Under the pieces are notes generated by a model. It was not told the origin of the DNA and did no database searches. It saw only the letters and a program-made list of their open reading frames with translations. Positions 1 through 13,767 of a stretch of DNA of 64,000 nucleotides are shown here, one piece after another. The position numbers and the translations under genes are program-made. The first letter of the stretch is position 1, and each line of letters opens with the position of its first letter. This DNA comes from Mobula hypostoma (Eukaryota): positions 3,038,001-3,102,000 of the forward strand of contig NC_086097.1 in assembly GCF_963921235.1 (NCBI RefSeq). Reading direction: 5' to 3'.

Positions 1-255
1 TGCTATAGGATTTTACCTTGTTAAGCAGCCTCATGTGTGGCACCTTACCAAACGCCTTCTGGATGTCCAAGTAAATGTCATCCATTGCTTCTCCTTCCTC
101 CACCCTGCTTGTTACTTCCTTGAAAAACTCTAACGGATTTGTCAGGCAAGATTTCCCATTACAGAAACCTTGCTGACTTTGACTTACTTTATCATTAGTC
201 TGTAAATACCCCAAAACCTCACACGTAATAATAGACTCCAACACCTTCCCAACCA
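1..255 (-). mobile_element. CR1-type LINE RT fragment
   Basis: Reverse complement resembles the KSCLTNL...[13 protein letters not shown] region seen in the other CR1 copies in this window. Confidence 0.8.
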
Positions 256-269
256 CTAATAACAAATAA

Positions 270-3200
270 GGATTGTTGTCTGAATTAGGAGGACTGTCTC
301 CTACTAATTAGGACATATTCTGATGTAATGTATTAATGCGTGGCTGAGAGACTGGTGTAGGGGGCAGGGATTCAGATTCCTGGATCATTGGGCCTCTTCT
401 AGGGGAGGTACGACCTGTACAAAAAGGACGGGTTATACCTGAAACCAAAGGAGTCCAATATCCTAGCGGGCACATTTAATAGGGCTGTTAGGGAGGGTTT
501 AAACATCTGGCAGAGGGATGGGAACTGGAGTGATAGGGCTGAGGAAGGGGAAAACAGAAATAAATCAAAGATAGCGTGCAGCCGAGATTATAGAAAGAAC
601 AGGCAGGAGATGAAGCTTAATCAAAGCCAGTGGCATGAGTTACAGGGCAATAGGGGTGTGGTGCAGTTAAAACAGAAAGCAACAAATATTGGATTGAGAG
701 TTGTATTTGAATGCACGCAGCATAAGGAATAAAATGGACGATATTGAAATTGGGAAATATGACGTTGTGGCCATCTCTGAAACTTGGCTAAAGGATGGCT
801 GCCATTGGGAGCTGAACATCCAAGGATATACGATATCTCGGAAAAATAGGTTAGTAGGCCGGGGGGTGGTGTGGAAAGAGTTGACATAGGATCGGAAGGT
901 GTAGGGTCTCTATGGGTTAAGTTAAGAAATGACAAGGGTAAAAGGACCCTAATGGCAGTTGTATACAGGCCTCCAAACAGCAGGCGGGATGTGGATTACA
1001 AATTACAGCAGGAGATAGAAAAGGCGTATCAGAAAGTGGATTGGGAAAACCAGGCCAGTACTGGACCTCAAGAGAGAGAATTTGTAGCATATCTAAGGGA
1101 TAGCTTTTTAGAACAGCTTGCTGTTGATCCCATTAGGGGATTGGCTGCACTGGATTGGGTGTTGTGCTATGACCCGGAGGTGATAAGAAGCTTAAGGTTA
1201 AGGAACCCTGAGAAAATAGTGATCACAATATGATTGAGTTCACATTGAAATTTGCGAGGGAAAAAATAAAATCCAATGTGTCAGTATTTCAGTGGAATAA
1301 AGGAAATTACAATGGCGTGAGAGGGAAACTGGCTGAAGTTGACTGGAAAGGGACATTTGCAGGAAAGACAGCAGAACAGCACTGGCTGGAGTTTCTGTGA
1401 AAAATGAGGGAAGTACAAGACAGATATATTCCAAATAAGAAGAAATTTTCAAAGAGAAGAAGGACACTACCATGGCTGACAAGTGAAGTCAGAGCCAAAG
1501 TAAAAGCAAAAGAGAGGGTATACAAGGAAGCCAGAGCTAGTGAGAAGATAGAGGATTGGGAAGCTTTTAAAAACTTGCAGAAGGAAACTAAGAAGGTCAT
1601 TAGGAAGGAAAAGATGAATTATGAAAGGAAGCTGGTGACTAATATCAAGGAAGATACTAAAAGCTTTTTTAAGTATCTAAAGGGTAAAAGAGAGTCGAAG
1701 GTAGATATAGGACCAATACAATATGATGCTGGAGATATTGTAATAAGAAATGCAGAGATGACAGAGGAACTGAATGCGTATTTTGCATCAGTCTTCACAG
1801 TGGAAGACATCTGCAGTATACTGGACATTCAAGAGTGTCAGGGAAGTGAAGTTTGTACAGTGAAAATTACAACTGAGAAGGTGCTCAGGAAGCTTAATGG
1901 TCTGAGGGTGGATAAATCTCCTGGACCTGATGGAATGCACCCTTGGGTTCTGAAGGAAGTAGCTGGAGAGATTGCGGAGGCATTAATGGTGATCTTTCAA
2001 GAATCAATAGATTCTGGTATTGCACCGGATGGAAAATTGCAAATGTTACTCTGCTATTTAAGAAGGGTGGGAGGCAGCAGAAAGGAAACTATAAACCTGT
2101 TAGCCTGACATCTGTGGTTGGGAAGAAGTTGGAATCAATTGTTAGGGATGAGATTACGGAATACCTGGAGGCAAATGGGAAGATAGGCCAAAGCCAGTAT
2201 GGTTTCTTGAAAGGAAAATCCTGCCTGACAGACCTACTGCAATTCTTTGAGGAAATTACATGCAGGGTAGACAAAGGAGATGCAGTAGATGTGGTGTACT
2301 TGGATTTTCAGAAGGCCTTTGACAAGGTGACGCACATGAAGCTGCTTAGCAAGGTAAGAGCCCATGGAATTACAGGGAAGTTACTAGTGTGGGTGGAGCA
2401 TTGGCTGGTCGGCAGAAAACAGAGAGTGGGAATAGAGGGATCCTATTCTGCCTGGCTGCCGTTTACCACTGGAGTTCCATAGGGGTCGGTGTTGGGACCG
2501 CTGTTTTTTACGATGTATGTCAATGATTTGAACTACGGTATTAAGGGATTTGTGGCTAAATTTGCCATGATACAAAGATAGGTGGAGGAGTGGGTATTGT
2601 TGAGGAAACAGAGAGCCTGCAGAGAGACTTGGATAGTTTAGGGGAATGGGCAAAGAAGTGGCAAATGAAATACAATGTTGGAAAGTGTATGGTCATGCAC
2701 TTTGGTTGAAGAAATAAACGGGCAGACTATGATTTAGATGGGGAGAAAATTCAGAATACAGAGTGTTACGAACCCACAGGTTTCGTTTACTGTGGACTGT
2801 TACTTTAAGAACGCCTAAGTGAGGTGGGACTATGACATCAGTCACAGGCTACTGTGAACGTAAACTCATATACAGAGAGTGACCTTCGGGAGGGAGGGAG
2901 GGATGGGGAGAGAGTGAGACTGAGACTGAAGCTTCAGCTGGTCACATCTGGGGCTTGGAACTCACTTATGCCCACAAGAGTGGGTTAAACATCGGCACGG
3001 AGTGCATTACGAATGTGTGTCTGTCACTTCGTATAATGCAAAGGAGTGGATTTTGGGGTATCTTGTGGGGACCACTTATGTGTTAACCCTTGCCTGGGTA
3101 TGTTGTGTGGCAACCACTTGACAGGTTATTTTTGGTGATAACGCGTATGTGGATTTGGAACAAAACGACGGTCAAGATCTTTGACGACGATACTTTCGTT

Positions 3201-4098
3201 TACCTCTGGAATTCGACGTAATCACCTTTTCTCCACGTTTCACACAAATATACTCATAACACTGTTAACATTTGTTTATCTTGGTTAAGTTACGATATTA
3301 TAAGTAGTCACTAATAAGGATAGTGGTCTTAGCATTGAAACCCGACTCAGTGTGAAATCTCTTGCTGCTGGTTTATTTTTAAAACATTAGAAAGGGACTT
3401 GGGAGTCCTTGTGCAAGATACCCTAAAGGTTAACCTCCAGGCCTAGTCGGTTGTGAAGAAGGCGAATGCAATGTTGGCATTCATTTCTAGAGGTATAGAA
3501 TGTAAGAGCAGGGATGTGATGTTGAGGCTCTATAAGACACTCGTGAGACCACACTTGGAGTATTGTGTACAGTTTTGGTCTCCTTATTTTAGAAAGGATA
3601 TACTGACATTGGAGAGGGTTCAGAGAAGATTCACAAGAATGATTCCAGGAATGAAAGGGCTACCATATGAGGGACGTCCGGCAGCTCTTGGGCTATATTC
3701 CCTGGAGTTCAGGAGAATGAGGGGGGATCTCATAGAAACATTCCGAATGTTGGAAGACCTGGAACAGATTAGATATGGCAAAGTTATTTCCCATGGGGGG
3801 GATTCTAGGACAAGAGGGTACAACTTCAGGATTGAAGTATGTCCATTTAGAACTGAGATGTGGAGAAATTACTTTAGTCAAAGGGTGGTAAATCTGTGGA
3901 ATTTGTTTCCATGAGAGGCTGTGGAGGCCAAGCCGTTCGGTGTATTTAAGGCAGCGATAGATAGGGCATCAAAGGGTATGGGGTGAAAGCAGGGGAGTGG
4001 AGATGACTGGAAGAATTGGATCAGCCCATGATTGAATGGCATAGCAGACTCAATGGGCTGAATGGCCTGCATCTGCTCCTATATCTTATGGTCTTATA
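270..4098 (+). mobile_element. Long degraded CR1 LINE (ORF1 3' remnant, APE endonuclease, RT, 3' UTR), interrupted at 2764-3386
   Basis: ORF pieces YLNARSIRNK, VYRPPNS, KSPGPDGMHP, YLDFQKAFDKV and [14 protein letters not shown]; tcttatggtcttat tail; many frameshifts. Confidence 0.93.
2764..3386. mobile_element. ~620 bp non-coding insertion in CR1, solo-LTR-like
   Basis: Splits the CR1 sequence ...aatacagag / aaagggacttggg...; starts TGTTA and ends AACA. No clean TSD. Confidence 0.5.
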
Positions 4099-4409
4099 AT
4101 GGACACACTCTCAAATCAATCCCTTGGCTGTTGTTGAAAGCACCTCTATCGCAATCCCATCAGCAGGACAGATCATGGAAAGTGCAGCTGATTGCTTCAT
4201 CAGAGGTCCCATGATATCAAGTAAACCAAGGAAGATAACTTCCTTCTGGTTACCAGTTAATTTCTCCTTACTATTGATAAATCAGCATCTGCTCACATTG
4301 CACAGCACTTGGTAAGAACACAGAATATGATTGGAGACTTCAGTGTCCGTCACCAGTGATTGTGTCCTAAAGATACAGCAGCTAAAATGAGCTAATGATA
4401 GTATATGAA

Positions 4410-4625
4410 TGAACCAACATTGAGTTCAATTTGGCATTGTCTGTAATGAGTTTGTATGCTCTGCCCATGAGTGTGTGTTTTCTCTAGGTGCTCCAGTTTC
4501 CTCCCACATTCCAAAGACATATGGTCGTTCTAAATTGTCCTGTGAAGAAGCTAATGTTAAATATGTGGGCTGCTGGATGACGTGGCTTGTTGGGCCAGTT
4601 CTATGCGTATCTCTGAATTAAAATA
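4410..4625 (+). mobile_element. V-SINE/HE1-like SINE fragment
   Basis: Core ggtgctccagtttcctcccacattccaaagac, shared with the copies at 11620, 27105 and 40113. Confidence 0.7.
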
Positions 4626-5115
4626 ATCAAATAAGCACAAGGGATAAGCCTGGTACTCACCAATTAACAAGGGAGCTGTTGGAAATACATAAGGCAATTG
4701 CTATTCCTCAGTCCTTGAAGAGCTGAAGGTGCATCTTCACGATGAGGACACTTCCATTATATTGAATGACTATCATTATGTTAGATTGGATTCATATATG
4801 TCAAATCTGCAGTAGCTGAATTATACCCAAGCACAAACTGTATATTCGTTATCCAGAATATCCCACACAGAGGGGTCTAATTCTAACTTAATGAAAAGTG
4901 TGGAAAAGAAAACTTGGAGCTTCAGGCATACAATAATGAATATCAATCTGCTAAAGGTACAATTTGAGATGACATGCTTTGTAATAAGTTCATAGAAACT
5001 ATTTTTGCTGCCCCCCACCCCATCACTCAGGTATGTCGTCAACTAATTCAATTCACAGTTAATTTCAAATCACAATGTGTCCATTGGTCTTGGTTGTTTC
5101 TTGATATCATGAGGC

Positions 5116-5540
5116 ATCAGAATCAGGTTTAATATCACAGGCATATGTTGTGAAATTTATTGTTTTGAGGCAGAAGTACAATAAAGCTTAAAGTAATAAT
5201 AAAGCATAAATTACAATAACTGCAAAAAGAGAGCAAAAAATACGAAAAACAAATACTGAGGTAGTTGTTCATTGTCCATTCAGAAATCTGAATGCAGAGG
5301 GGAAGAAGCTGTTCCTGAAATGTTGAGATTGTGCCTTCAGGCTCCTGTACCTCCTTTCTGATGGTATCAGTGAGAAGGGGGCATGTCCTGGGTCCTTAAT
5401 GATGGATGCTGCCTTTTTGAGATATCCATTTTGAAGATGTCTTCAATGCTGGGGAGGCTAGTGCCCAAGGTGGAGCTGACTGAGTTTACAACTTTCTGCA
5501 GCTTTTTCCAATCCTGTGCAGTGGCTCCTCCGTTCCAAAT
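5116..5540 (-). mobile_element. Rex1/Babar-type LINE 3' fragment
   Basis: - strand encodes ...KKLQKVVN... and SFFPSAFRFL; aaacctgattctgat tail. Confidence 0.75.
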
Positions 5541-5703
5541 GGAATTGGCTGCAGGTTCTACTATTATATACACCACTGAATACCAAATGACAAATGTTAC
5601 AACATTATTGGTTATTATTAAATGCTTTTATGTAACACAAGTTATGTTGTTTTGACTTTACTGCATTTGGTGTTAATTCAATATTCTCTTGTCCTGTATG
5701 TAG

Positions 5704-5885
5704 TGGAGAAAGTGGTGGTACTATGCAGATTTTTGGATATTCAGTCTGTGTCAAAGAATCATGTACTGAAGTACTCTCTCGCCCATGCCTTCTGCTGTTT
5801 CCTGGCTGCAGTTGAAGATGTTAATCCAGCAGTGGCAACGAGAGCCAGATTACTACTTGATTCCATAAAAAGGCCGGCTTTACAA
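5704..5885 (+). CDS. unc79: UNC79 internal exon A (182 nt, phase 1 to 0)
   Basis: tag|TGGAG acceptor and CAA|gtcagt donor. Encodes EKVVVLCRFLDIQSVSKNHVLKYSLAHAFCCFLAAVEDVNPAVATRARLLLDSIKRPALQ, recognised as UNC79. Confidence 0.93.
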
Positions 5886-7134
5886 GTCAGTTAAATACAT
5901 TGCAGAATTTCCTACCTTCTTGATAAAATTGTTGTATTCCTTCCTTTGTTTATTACAGTGGTCAGTGGAATTCACTAAGTTTTTTTTTACTTGTACAAGT
6001 TTTTACTTCAGTAAAGCAATCTATAGTTCATTGAAACTCTATTTTAAAGGTAAAGATGAGATTGTGCAGATGCTGAAAACACACACAAAATGCTGGAGGA
6101 GCACAGCAGTTCAGGCAGCATTAATGGAAATGAATAACCAGTCGACATGCTCATCTGCAAGCTAGTGGAGGGACATCTAGATATGGCTACAGCTATGCAA
6201 AACTGCCTTCCTCTGGGGCAGAGGTGCAAAACACAGTACATAGAGTCACACACACAAAACGTAGTTAATAGTTTTCAGAATCATGCAGATTGTTTGCCGA
6301 CTGTCTCTGGAGGCTGTGAAGTGCTTAATGGTCTTACTCCCATTCTTCAACACTTGGACTGTAACATTCTGTGTCCGAGCTTACAGGTGCTCATGTCAAT
6401 AATTACTAAATGTTTTGTGTGTCTGTGCCCCGACCATGTTCTCAGACAGTGATCTGAGATTCCATCCATCCTCTGACTGAACAAGTCTTTCCTTAGTCCC
6501 CTGAAATCTGCTACCCCTTACCTTAAACCTATGGCCTCTGGTTTTAGACATTTCATGAAAGGAAGAAGTTTGTTATTCTCTTCCAGTCTATGCCTCTCAT
6601 AAATTTATATACCTTATAAAATTATAATCTAGTCAGTCTTATCTGTAAGTAAACAAGCCTCTCCAGTTTGTCCTCGGAGCCAAACACCTCATCCCAGATG
6701 ATACCTTTGTGAATCTTCTCTGCAGCGCCTCTTGTACAATCACAATTTTGCCATGTTCTGTCTTGTATTCAAATTTCTGCAATTCAGCATCTTAATTTCC
6801 AGCCTATCTTTCTCTTTGCTTATAACGATGTTAAAACGTAAAGAGATATAATCACTTATCTCCAGAATCCTCTTCTAGTAACCACTCCCTCCACTTGCCT
6901 AGCTATTTTCCTAAAGAATGGATCCAGTAGCACTCCATTTCTCATAAGACTATGTATGTACAAGCTGAAGCTACAATCCTGCATGCCCTTTTAAAAGCCT
7001 TTTACATTCGTGTGGTCCCGGTTAATGCTGGGCAAGTTGAGGTTACCTATTACTATTATGGTATTGTCTTTACTTTTTTTGTTTTGATAGTTTTCAGCTC
7101 ATAATAATAATGCTAATATTATTTAAAGCTTTTT

Positions 7135-8982
7135 TAAAGCTTTTATAGATATGTGAAAAGAAAAAGATTGGTTAAGACAAATGTAGGTCCCCTACAGACA
7201 GAAACAGGTGAATTGATTATGGGAAGCAAAGACATGGCAGACCAATTGAATAATTACTTTGGTTCTGTCTTCACTAAGGAGGACATAAATAATCTTCTGG
7301 AAATAGTAGAGGACAGAGGGTCCAGTGAGATGGAGGAACTGAGCGAAATACATGTTAGTAGGGAAGTGGTGTTAGGTAAATTGAAGGGATTAAAGGCAGA
7401 TAAATCCCCAGGGCCAGATGGTCTGCATCCTAGAGTGCTTAAGGAAGTAGCCCAAGAAATAGTGGATGTATTAGTGATAATTTTTCAAAACTCTTTAGAT
7501 TCTGGACTAGTTCCTGAGGATTGGAGGGTGGCTAATGTAACCCCACTTTTTAAAAAAGGAGGGAGAGAGAAACCAGGGAATTATAGACTGGTTAGCCTAA
7601 CATCGGTGGTGGGGAAATTGCTAGAGTCAGTTATCAAAGATGTGATAACACCACATTTGAAAAGTGGTGAAATCATCGTACAAAGTCAGCATAGATTTGT
7701 GAAAGGAAAATCATGTCTGACGAATCTCATAGAATTTTTTGAGGATGTAACTAGTAGAGTGGATAAGGGAGAACCAGTGGATGTGGTATATTTGGATTTT
7801 CAAAAGGCTTTTGACAAGATCCCACACAGGAGATTAGTGTGCAAACTTAAAGCACACGATATTGGGGGTAAGGTATTGATGTGGATAGAGAATTGGTTGG
7901 CAGACAGGAAGCAAAGAGTGGGAATAAACGGGACCTTTTCAGAATGGCAGGCAGTGACTAGTGGGGTACCGCAAGGCTCAGTGCTGGGACCCCAGTTGTT
8001 TACAATATATATTAATGACTTGGATGAGGGAATTAAATGCAGCATCCCCAAGTTTGCAGATGACACGAAGCTGGGCGGCAGTGTTAGCTGTGAGGAGGAT
8101 GCTAAGAGGATGCAGGGTGACTTGGATAGGTTAGGTGAGTGGGCAAGTTCATGGCAGATGCAATTTAATGTGGATAAATGTGAAGTTATCCACTTTGGTG
8201 GCAAAAACAGGAAAACAGATTATTATCTGAATGGTGGCCGATTAGGAAAAGGAGAGGTGCAACGAGACCTGGGTGTCATTATACACCAGTCATTGAAAGT
8301 GGGCATGCAGGTACAGCAGGCGGTGAAAAAGGCGAATGGTATGCTGGCATTTATAGCAAGAGGATTCGAGTACAGGAGCAGGGAGGTACTACTGCAGTTG
8401 TACAGGACCTTGGTGAGACCACACCTGGAGTATTGTGTGCAGTTTTGGTCCCCTAATCTGAGGAAAGACATCCTTGTCATAGAGGGAGTACAATGAAGGT
8501 TCACCAGATTGATTCCTGGGATGGCAGGACTTTCATATGATGAAAGACTGGATCGACTAGGCTTATACTTGCTGGAATTTAGAAGATTGAGGGGGAATCT
8601 GATTGAAACGTATAAAATCCTAAAGGGATTGGACAGGCTAGATGCAGGGAGATTGTTCCCGATGTTGGGGAAGTCCAGAACGAGGGGTCACAGTTTGAGG
8701 ATAAAGGAGAAGCCTTTTAGGACTGAGATGAGGAAAAACTTCTTCACACAGAGAGTGGTGAATCTGTGGAATTCTTTGCCACAGGAAACAGTTGAGGCAA
8801 GTTCATTGGCTATATTTAAGAGGGAGTTAGATATGGCCCTTGTGGCTAAAGGGATCGGGGGTATGGAGGGAAGGCTGGTGCAGGGTTCTGAGTTGGATGA
8901 TCAGCCATGATCATACTGAATGGCGGTGCAGGCTCGAAGGGCCGAATGGCCTACTCCTGCACCTATTTTCTATGTTTCTATT
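7135..8982 (+). mobile_element. Young 5'-truncated CR1 LINE (RT domain)
   Basis: 447-aa ORF with [10 protein letters not shown] and FADD, one TGA at 8494, then a 133-aa continuation; tttctatg tail. Confidence 0.95.
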
Positions 8983-9174
8983 TATCGATCACTTTTCATA
9001 CAGACAGTGTAGTTCAAAGTGCTTAACATGGGATAAAATACAAACATGAAAATAAAAGACAAAAAGATGTCAGTTAAAAGCAAGGTTAAATAAATAGGTT
9101 TTGAGCTGGTGTTTAAAAGTGTCAACTGAGTCTGCATCCCTTATAGTTTTAGGTTTTGAGTTCCTTGGTGTATA

Positions 9175-11560
9175 AGTCCATAAGATGTACGAGCAGAATT
9201 AGACCATTTGGCCCATCGAGTCTGCTCTACTGATGGCTGATCCAATTTTCTTCTCAGCCCCAATTTCCTGCCTTCTCCCATTATCTCCTCATGCCCTGAC
9301 CAGTCAAGAATCTATCTATCAATCTCTACCTTGGCCTCCATAGCTGCCTGTGATGGTGAAATCCACAGATTCACCACTCTCTAGCTAAAGAAATTCCTCC
9401 TGTTTTAAAAGGATGCTCTGATATTCTGAGGCTATGTCCTCTGGTCTTAGATTCTTCCACCATCGGAAACATCCTCTGTACATCCACTTTATGAAGATAT
9501 TTCACCATTCAATAGGTTTAAAAGAGATCATCCTTCATTCTTCTGAGTTCTACTGAATACAGGCACAGAGCTATTAAATTATTTTCAAATGACAAGCCAT
9601 TCAATCCTGGAATCATTTTTATGAACCTCCTTTGAACTGCCTTCAGTTTCATCGCATCCTTTCTCAGATAAGGAGCCCAAACCTGCTCACAATACCCCAA
9701 GTGAGGCCTCATCAGTGCCTTATAAAGTCTCAACATTACATCCTTGTTTTTATATTCTAGTCCTCTTGAAATGAATGCCAACATTGCATTTGCCTTCCTC
9801 ACCACAGATTAACTTGCAATTAGGGAATCCTGCACAAGGATGTACAAGTTCCCTTGTGCCTCAGGTTTTTGTATTTTCTTTCCATTTAGATTCCCTTTTA
9901 TTTCTTCTACCGAAGTGCATGACCATACACTTCCCTGCACTGTATTCCATCTGCCTTTTCTTTGTCCATTTTCCTAATCTGTCTGTCCTTCTGTAGCCTC
10001 TCTACCTCTTCAAAATTACTTGCCTGTCCACCTATCTTCATATCTTCTGCAAACTTTGTAACAAAGCCATCAGTTCCATCATCCAAATCATTGACATATA
10101 ACATAAAAAGAATTGGTCCCAACACAGACCCATATGGAACACCACTAGTCACCACAGCTAGTCAGAAAAGGCTGTCTTTATTCCCACGCTTTGCCTCCTG
10201 CCAATCAGCTATTGCTTTCTTCATGCTAGAATCTTTCCTGTAGTACCATAGGCTTGTAGCTTGTTGGCAGCCTCATGTGAGGCACTTTGTCAAAGGCCTT
10301 CTGAAAATCCAAGTACACAACATCAACCAATTCTCCTTTGTGTATCTTGCTTGTTACTTCTTCAAAGAATTCCAACAGATTTGTCAGGCAAGATTTTCCC
10401 TTGAGAAAACCATGCTGACTATGGCCTATTTTATCATGTACCTCCAAGTACTTTGAGACATCCTTAATAATTGACTCCAACATCTATCCAACCACTGAAG
10501 TCAGACTAACTGGCCTATAGTTTCCTTTCTTCTGCATCTCCCTTATTTTGAAGAGTGGAGTAACATTTACTATTTTCCTGTCTTCTGGAATCATTCCAGA
10601 ATCTAGTGATTTTTGAAAGATCATTAGTAATGTCTCTATAATCTCTTCAGCCATCTCTTTCAGAACTCTGCAGTGTACACCATCTGGTCCAGTTGACTAT
10701 CTATCTTCAGACCATTTAGTTTTCCTAAGAACCTTCTCTCTAGTTATGGTAACTTCACACACTGCATGCCCCCCACACCTGGAACTTCCACCATACTGAT
10801 AGCTTCTCCCTCAGTGAAGACTGATGCAAAATACTTATTCAGTTTGTCCGTTATTTCGTTGTCCCCCATTACTACCTTGTACAAGGCCTTGGTGAGACCA
10901 CACTTAGAGTATTGTGTGCAGTTTTGGACCCCTAATCTGAGGAAAGACATTCTTGCCATAGAGGGAGTACAAAGAAGGTTCACCAGATTGATTCCTGGGA
11001 TGGCAGGACTTTCATATGATGAAAGACTGGATCGGCTAGGCTTATACTCTCTGGAATTTAGAAGATTGAGGGGGGATCTTATTGAAACATATAAAATTCT
11101 AAAGGGATTGGACAGGCTAGATGTAGGAAGATTGTTTCCGATGTTGGGGAAGTCCAGAACAAGGGGTCACAATTTGAGGTTAAAGGGGAAACCTTTTAGG
11201 ACCGAGATGAAGAAAAACTTCTTCACACAGAGAGTGGTGAATCTGTGGAATTCTCTGCCACAGGAAACAGTTGAGGCCAGTTCATTGGCTATATTTAAGA
11301 GGGAGTTAGATATGGCCCTTGTGGCTAAAGGGATCAGGGGGTATGGAGAGAAGGCGGGTACAGGGTTCTGAGTTGGATGATCAGCCATGATCGTACTGAA
11401 TGGCGGTACAGGCTCGAAGGGCCAAATGGCCTACTCCTGCACCTATTTTCTATGTTTCTACGTTTTACCTCTTCAGCATCGTTTTTCAGCGGTCCGATAT
11501 CCCCATTCTCACCTCTCTTGTACACTTTATGTATCTGAAGAAACTTTTGGTATCCTCTTT
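9175..11560 (-). mobile_element. Older CR1 LINE fragment, interrupted at ~10876-11461
   Basis: - strand ORFs 9518-9805, 9907-10155 and 10226-10483 carry RT motifs. Confidence 0.9.
10876..11461 (+). mobile_element. CR1 3' fragment nested in an opposite-strand CR1
   Basis: Nearly identical by eye to 8398-8980; same tail. Confidence 0.92.
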
Positions 11561-11619
11561 AATATTATTGTCTATCAGAGACATACCTGTGCACAGTGAG
11601 TAGAAATAACCACTGTACC

Positions 11620-12485
11620 GGGCCCCCATGGTAGTGTAGCGATTAGCGCAATGCTGTTGCAGCTGGGGCGTTGGAGATCAAGTTCAATTCCAGCATCCTC
11701 ACTAAGAAAATTTGTACACTCCTCCGTGTGTGTTTTGGTTTCCTCTGGGTGCTCCAGTTTCTTTCCACAGTCTAAAGATGTATTGGCCAGCAAAAACATA
11801 GAACATAGAAATTTACAGCACATTACAGGCTCTTCGGCCCACAATGTTGTGCTGACCATGTAACCTTCTCTAGAGATTGCCTAGAATTTCCCTGGCTCAT
11901 AGCTCTCTATTTTTCTAAGCTCCATGTACCTATCTAAGAGGCTCTTAAAAGACCCTGTTGTATCCGTTCCACTACCGCCGCCAGTAGTGCATTCCACGCA
12001 CACACCACTCTCTGTGTGAAAAACTTACCCCTTGCATCCCCTCTGTACCTACTTCCATGCACCTTAAAACTGTGCCCGCTCGTGTTAGCCATTTCAGTCC
12101 TGGGAAAAGGCCTCTGACTATCCACATGATCAGTGCCTCTCATCATCTTATACACCTCTATCAGGTCACCTCTCGTCCTCCGTCGCTCCAAGGAGAAAAG
12201 GCCGAGTTCACTCAACTTATTCTCGTAAGGCATGCTCCCCAATCCAGGCAACATCCTTGTAAATCTCCTCTGCAACCCTTTCTATAGTTTCCACATCCTT
12301 CCTGTAGTGAGGTGACCAGAACTGAGCATAGTACTCCAAGTGGGGGCTGACATAACACAGGTAGTTTAATTGGTCATTATAAATTGTACTGTGATTAGGC
12401 TAGGGCTAAATTGGTGGGCTGATGAGCAGTGTGGCTAGTTGGACCAGAAGTCCCTTTTCCATGCTGTCTCTGTAAATAAATAAAC
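11620..12485 (+). mobile_element. V-SINE/HE1-like SINE split by a CR1 insertion
   Basis: tRNA-like head (tggtagtgtagcg...agttcaattcc) and V-core at 11620-11790; body resumes at ~12360 and ends in (taaa)n. Confidence 0.8.
11795..12350 (-). mobile_element. CR1 3' fragment
   Basis: ORF 11934-12275 QRRFTRMLPG...FFTQRVV; (ttctatg)n tail. Confidence 0.9.
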
Positions 12486-12763
12486 ACAATCCTGTGAAGA
12501 TCAAAACACCTTCTCCCATGAGGGCATCCTCGAGTACACAAAGTAATTCTACTATTGTGGTTAAGAACTGACTGAAAGTGATCTAGAGGTCTGAAATTGT
12601 GCATTTGGATGTAAAGTGTGCCACCTTTTTAGGTAGAAATTTATCCTAGAATTGCTGTTCCTCTTTGACTTGAGAACAATAGCAGGCCTGTTACCTGTTA
12701 ACTGTCTACAAATTTGTATGTGTCTTTGTGACTAATCTTCATTTTTTATTTACTTTCACAAAG

Positions 12764-12965
12764 GGCCTCTGTCTTTGCCTGGACTTTCAGTTCGACACCG
12801 TTGTGAAGGACAGGCCAACTATTCTCAGCAAGTTATTTCTGCTCCATTTCTTAAAGCGTGACATTCCAGCTTTGAGCTGGGAGTTTTTTGTCAATAGGTT
12901 TGACACCTTGTCTCTGGAAGCTCAGCTTCATTTGGACTGCAATAAGGAATTTCCATTTCCAACAA
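12764..12965 (+). CDS. unc79: UNC79 internal exon B (202 nt, phase 0 to 1)
   Basis: aag|GGC acceptor and A|gtaagt donor. Encodes GLCLCLDFQFDTVVKDRPTILSKLFLLHFLKRDIPALSWEFFVNRFDTLSLEAQLHLDCNKEFPFPT; phase matches exon A. Confidence 0.95.
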
Positions 12966-13194
12966 GTAAGTGAAAAATTACTGATTTACTGCTTTGGCTG
13001 TGAAGATACTTTTCTCCTTTTTTTTAACAACTGTGGCATCTCTTGTTGTCGTGTAGCATTGGCACCTGATACCAGCTGCTTAGTTTTGCAGGGATTTTGT
13101 TTTGTTGCTTGTACAGAAGTTAATTTTAGATGTTTCTGAGCAAGTCCAAGCTAAAAACAAAGAAATTCTGTTGGTCTCGAGCTTAAAATCTTTA

Positions 13195-13450
13195 AATGTG
13201 GAGGAGAGGGTATCATTGAACAACCCAGTGTGTCACACAGAATGGCCAATGGTTCTAATGTAGAGGAGAGGGTATCATTCAGCCCAGTATGTCACACAGA
13301 ATGGCCAGTGATTCTAATGTAGAGGAGAGGGTATTGATGACCAACCCAATGTGTTACACAGAATGACAATGGTTCTAATGTAGTGGAGAGGGTATCATTG
13401 AACAACCCAGTGTGTCACACAGAATGGTCAATGGTTCTAATATAGAGGAG
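13195..13450. repeat. Minisatellite, ~59-62 bp unit, ~4 copies
   Basis: Unit aatgtagaggagagggtatcattgaacaacccagtgtgtcacacagaatggccaatggttct. Confidence 0.9.
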
Positions 13451-13767
13451 AACTTGGTGCTTAAATCGGCTGAACATCCCCGAAATTTCAATCTGGCCTG
13501 AAGTCTGCTCCAGTAACGGCTGCCATGGCTGTACCTGCATTCTTGACAATTCAGTTCAGTGACAGAAAATTCTTTTTATACTGGAGAGTGCATGTAGTCT
13601 AATCAGGGTTCATTACATGTTATTACTGTATAGCGCCGCTAGAAATCAGTCTCAGTACTTCGATTTCTTTATGCCTTTACCTGACACTGGAATTTTACAA
13701 GCTATTTATTTTAAAGTGTCTTCATTTTGCCAGGTACCTTTCATGCTTTGAGCTTGTTTTCCTCCAG

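Noticed and set aside
11620..11700. tRNA gene
   Set aside because: Only a degenerate A/B-box SINE head; no cloverleaf.
13725..13767. Upstream acceptor or recursive site ttttgccag|gtacc before exon C
   Set aside because: Using it would add 34 nt and shift the frame, and the donor is weak. No further support.
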